A stretch of DNA of 64,000 bases, taken from Pseudomonadota bacterium (lineage in GTDB: Bacteria; Pseudomonadota; Alphaproteobacteria; Rhizobiales; Beijerinckiaceae). The translations under genes and the position numbers were made by a program. Position 1 is the stretch's first letter, and each line of letters begins with the position of its first letter. The notes below the pieces were generated by a model. The model saw only the letters and a list, made by a program, of their open reading frames with translations. It had not been told where the DNA came from and did not search any database. The stretch is taken from contig JAEWKP010000381.1 in assembly GCA_023393655.1 (NCBI GenBank), positions 2,626 through 66,625 on the forward strand, in the 5' to 3' direction. Of this stretch, positions 62,361 through 64,000 are shown piece after piece.

Positions 62361-63336
62361 GAATCTCTCCGCCAGCCTGCCGCTACTCCTGCTCGCGCTT
62401 ACGATCGAGGCAGCGTTCGGCTATCCCGAGCGCTTCTATGCCGCAATCGGCCATCCCGTCACCTGGATCGGGAAGCTGATCGGCTGGCTGGACCGGGTGC
62501 TCAATCGGGAAACAGCTTCCTTCGCGGCACGCAAGGCGATGGGCGTTCTGGCGCTGGCGCTGCTGCTCGGCGTCATCGTCACGTTGTCGGCGCTGATCCA
62601 GCGCCTGTGCCTCTTCTTCGGGCTCTTCGGCCTGATCCCGCTCGCGCTGCTCGCTTCGACCCTTATCGCCCAGCGCAGCCTCTACGAACATGTCGCCCGC
62701 GTCGCCGAAGGGCTGGAGCGCGAGGGGCTAGACGGCGGGCGACGCGCCGTCTCGATGATCGTCGGGCGCAATCCGCAAACGCTGGATGAAGCCGGCGTGT
62801 CGCGCGCGGCCATCGAAAGCCTCGCCGAGAATTTCTCGGACGGCATCACCGCGCCAGCCTTCTGGCTAGGTGTTGGCGGTTTGCCGGGCATCGCCGCCTA
62901 CAAGGCGATCAATACCGCCGATTCGATGATCGGCCACCGCACGCCGCGCCATCTCGCCTTCGGTTGGGCGGCGGCGCGGCTCGACGATCTCGTCAACCTG
63001 CCCGCATCGCGACTGACGGCGCTGCTGCTGGTTGCCTCGGCGGCATGTGATCGAGAGGCGGATGCCGGCGGCGCCTGGCGGGCGTTGCAGCGCGATGCCG
63101 GCAAGCACCGCTCGCCCAATGCTGGCTGGCCGGAAGCCGCCATGGCCGGGGCGCTGGGCCTGCGCCTCGCCGGCCCGCGCGTCTATGGCGAGACCCGCAT
63201 CGAGGATCACTGGATGGGCGATGGCCGGGCCGAGGCCAATGCAGCCGATATCCGCCTGGCGCTCCGGCTCTACAAGCGCTCCTGCGGCCTGCTCTGGGCG
63301 CTCGCGGCGTTGCTAGCAGCCGCGGCGCTGCTCTAA
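62359..63336 (+). CDS. cobD: Adenosylcobinamide-phosphate synthase (CobD/CbiB)
   Basis: HPVTWIG, IVGR, ESLAENFSDG, YKAINTADSMIG, SPNAGWPEAAMAGAL. Confidence 0.93.
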   Translation: MNLSASLPLLLLALTIEAAFGYPERFYAAIGHPVTWIGKLIGWLDRVLNRETASFAARKAMGVLALALLLGVIVTLSALIQRLCLFFGLFGLIPLALLASTLIAQRSLYEHVARVAEGLEREGLDGGRRAVSMIVGRNPQTLDEAGVSRAAIESLAENFSDGITAPAFWLGVGGLPGIAAYKAINTADSMIGHRTPRHLAFGWAAARLDDLVNLPASRLTALLLVASAACDREADAGGAWRALQRDAGKHRSPNAGWPEAAMAGALGLRLAGPRVYGETRIEDHWMGDGRAEANAADIRLALRLYKRSCGLLWALAALLAAAALL

Positions 63337-63339
63337 GCT

Positions 63340-63999
63340 TCAGTTCGGCACGGGCACGGCCCGTCGCGCGATCGCCTGCAAATCCGCCCCCTGCGGCAGC
63401 GAGCCGAAATGGCCCGACCAGCCGCCAGCCAGACGCGAGGCGACGAAGGCATCAGCGACCGCATGCGGTGCGTGCCGGATCAGCAGCGAGGCCGACAAGG
63501 CCAGCGCCATCCGCTCGACGAAGCGCCGCGCCAGATGCTCATACCTGAGCACGTCGACGAGATCGGCTTCCAGCTCCGTGAGGAAGGCGTCATAACGCGG
63601 ATCGTTGCCGCGCGCGGCGCGCAACTCGTCGAGCAGGGCCGGCACGCAATCAGGATAGCGGCGGATCGAGCGAAGCACGTCGAGGCAGACGACATTGCCC
63701 GTGCCCTCCCAGATGCCGTTGAGCGGCGCCTCGCGATAGAGCCGCGCCATCAGGTGATCCTCGATGAAACCGTTGCCGCCATGGCATTCGAGCGCCTCGA
63801 CCACGACCGGCGTGGCGCGCTTGCAGTTCCAGTATTTGGCGATGGGCGCGCCGATGCGGCCGATCAGCTTCTCCGCCTCGCTCGCATCCTCCCGGTCGAG
63901 CGCGTGAACGAAGCGGAAGGCGAGCCAGGCCGAGGCCTCCGCTTCCAGCGCGAGGTCGGCGACGACATTCGTCATGATCGGCTGGTCGATCAGCGCCTT
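63340..63999 (-). CDS. Acyl-CoA dehydrogenase (AidB-like), 3' part; 5' end lies outside the window
   Basis: LIDQPIM..V.ADLA, KYWNCKR, ECHGGNG, YREAPLNGIWEGTGNV. Confidence 0.88.
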   Translation of the reverse strand, partial: KALIDQPIMTNVVADLALEAEASAWLAFRFVHALDREDASEAEKLIGRIGAPIAKYWNCKRATPVVVEALECHGGNGFIEDHLMARLYREAPLNGIWEGTGNVVCLDVLRSIRRYPDCVPALLDELRAARGNDPRYDAFLTELEADLVDVLRYEHLARRFVERMALALSASLLIRHAPHAVADAFVASRLAGGWSGHFGSLPQGADLQAIARRAVPVPN

Positions 64000-64000
64000 C

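Overview
High-GC alphaproteobacterial chromosome segment (Hyphomicrobiales-like, inferred from gene content). Core genes flank both ends: a peptide ABC transporter and nadE on the left; a GMC oxidoreductase, MFS transporter, 2-hydroxyacid dehydrogenase, cobC/cobD and an acyl-CoA dehydrogenase on the right. Between them lie two accessory blocks. (1) A ~45 kb surface-polysaccharide locus (4313-49585). It encodes the WbpA/B/D/E/I pathway for 2,3-diacetamido uronic acids, eight GT-B glycosyltransferase genes, three AsnB-type amidotransferases, two more DegT aminotransferases, a formyltransferase, two methyltransferases, two FemAB-like GNATs, a sulfotransferase with its own CysD/CysNC PAPS supply, an exported D-glucuronyl C5-epimerase-like protein, and Wzm/Wzt export. 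Its regulators are MarR-like and RfaH/NusG-like proteins with a JUMPstart/ops-like element ahead of a ~36 kb co-directional gene run. (2) Directly adjacent, a ~7 kb phage-derived module (49861-56653) with no visible capsid, portal or integrase gene. It holds an XRE regulator with candidate operators, an ERF annealase + YqaJ exonuclease + HNH + lipoprotein operon, a convergent ParB-methyltransferase + DUF5681 + terminase-large-subunit operon, and an upstream array of CCCTG repeats in exact 11-bp phase. The best candidates for an undescribed system are this terminase/recombinase module beside the glycan locus and the sulfated, C5-epimerised glycan pathway. All family calls come from recognising motifs by eye; no database search was run.
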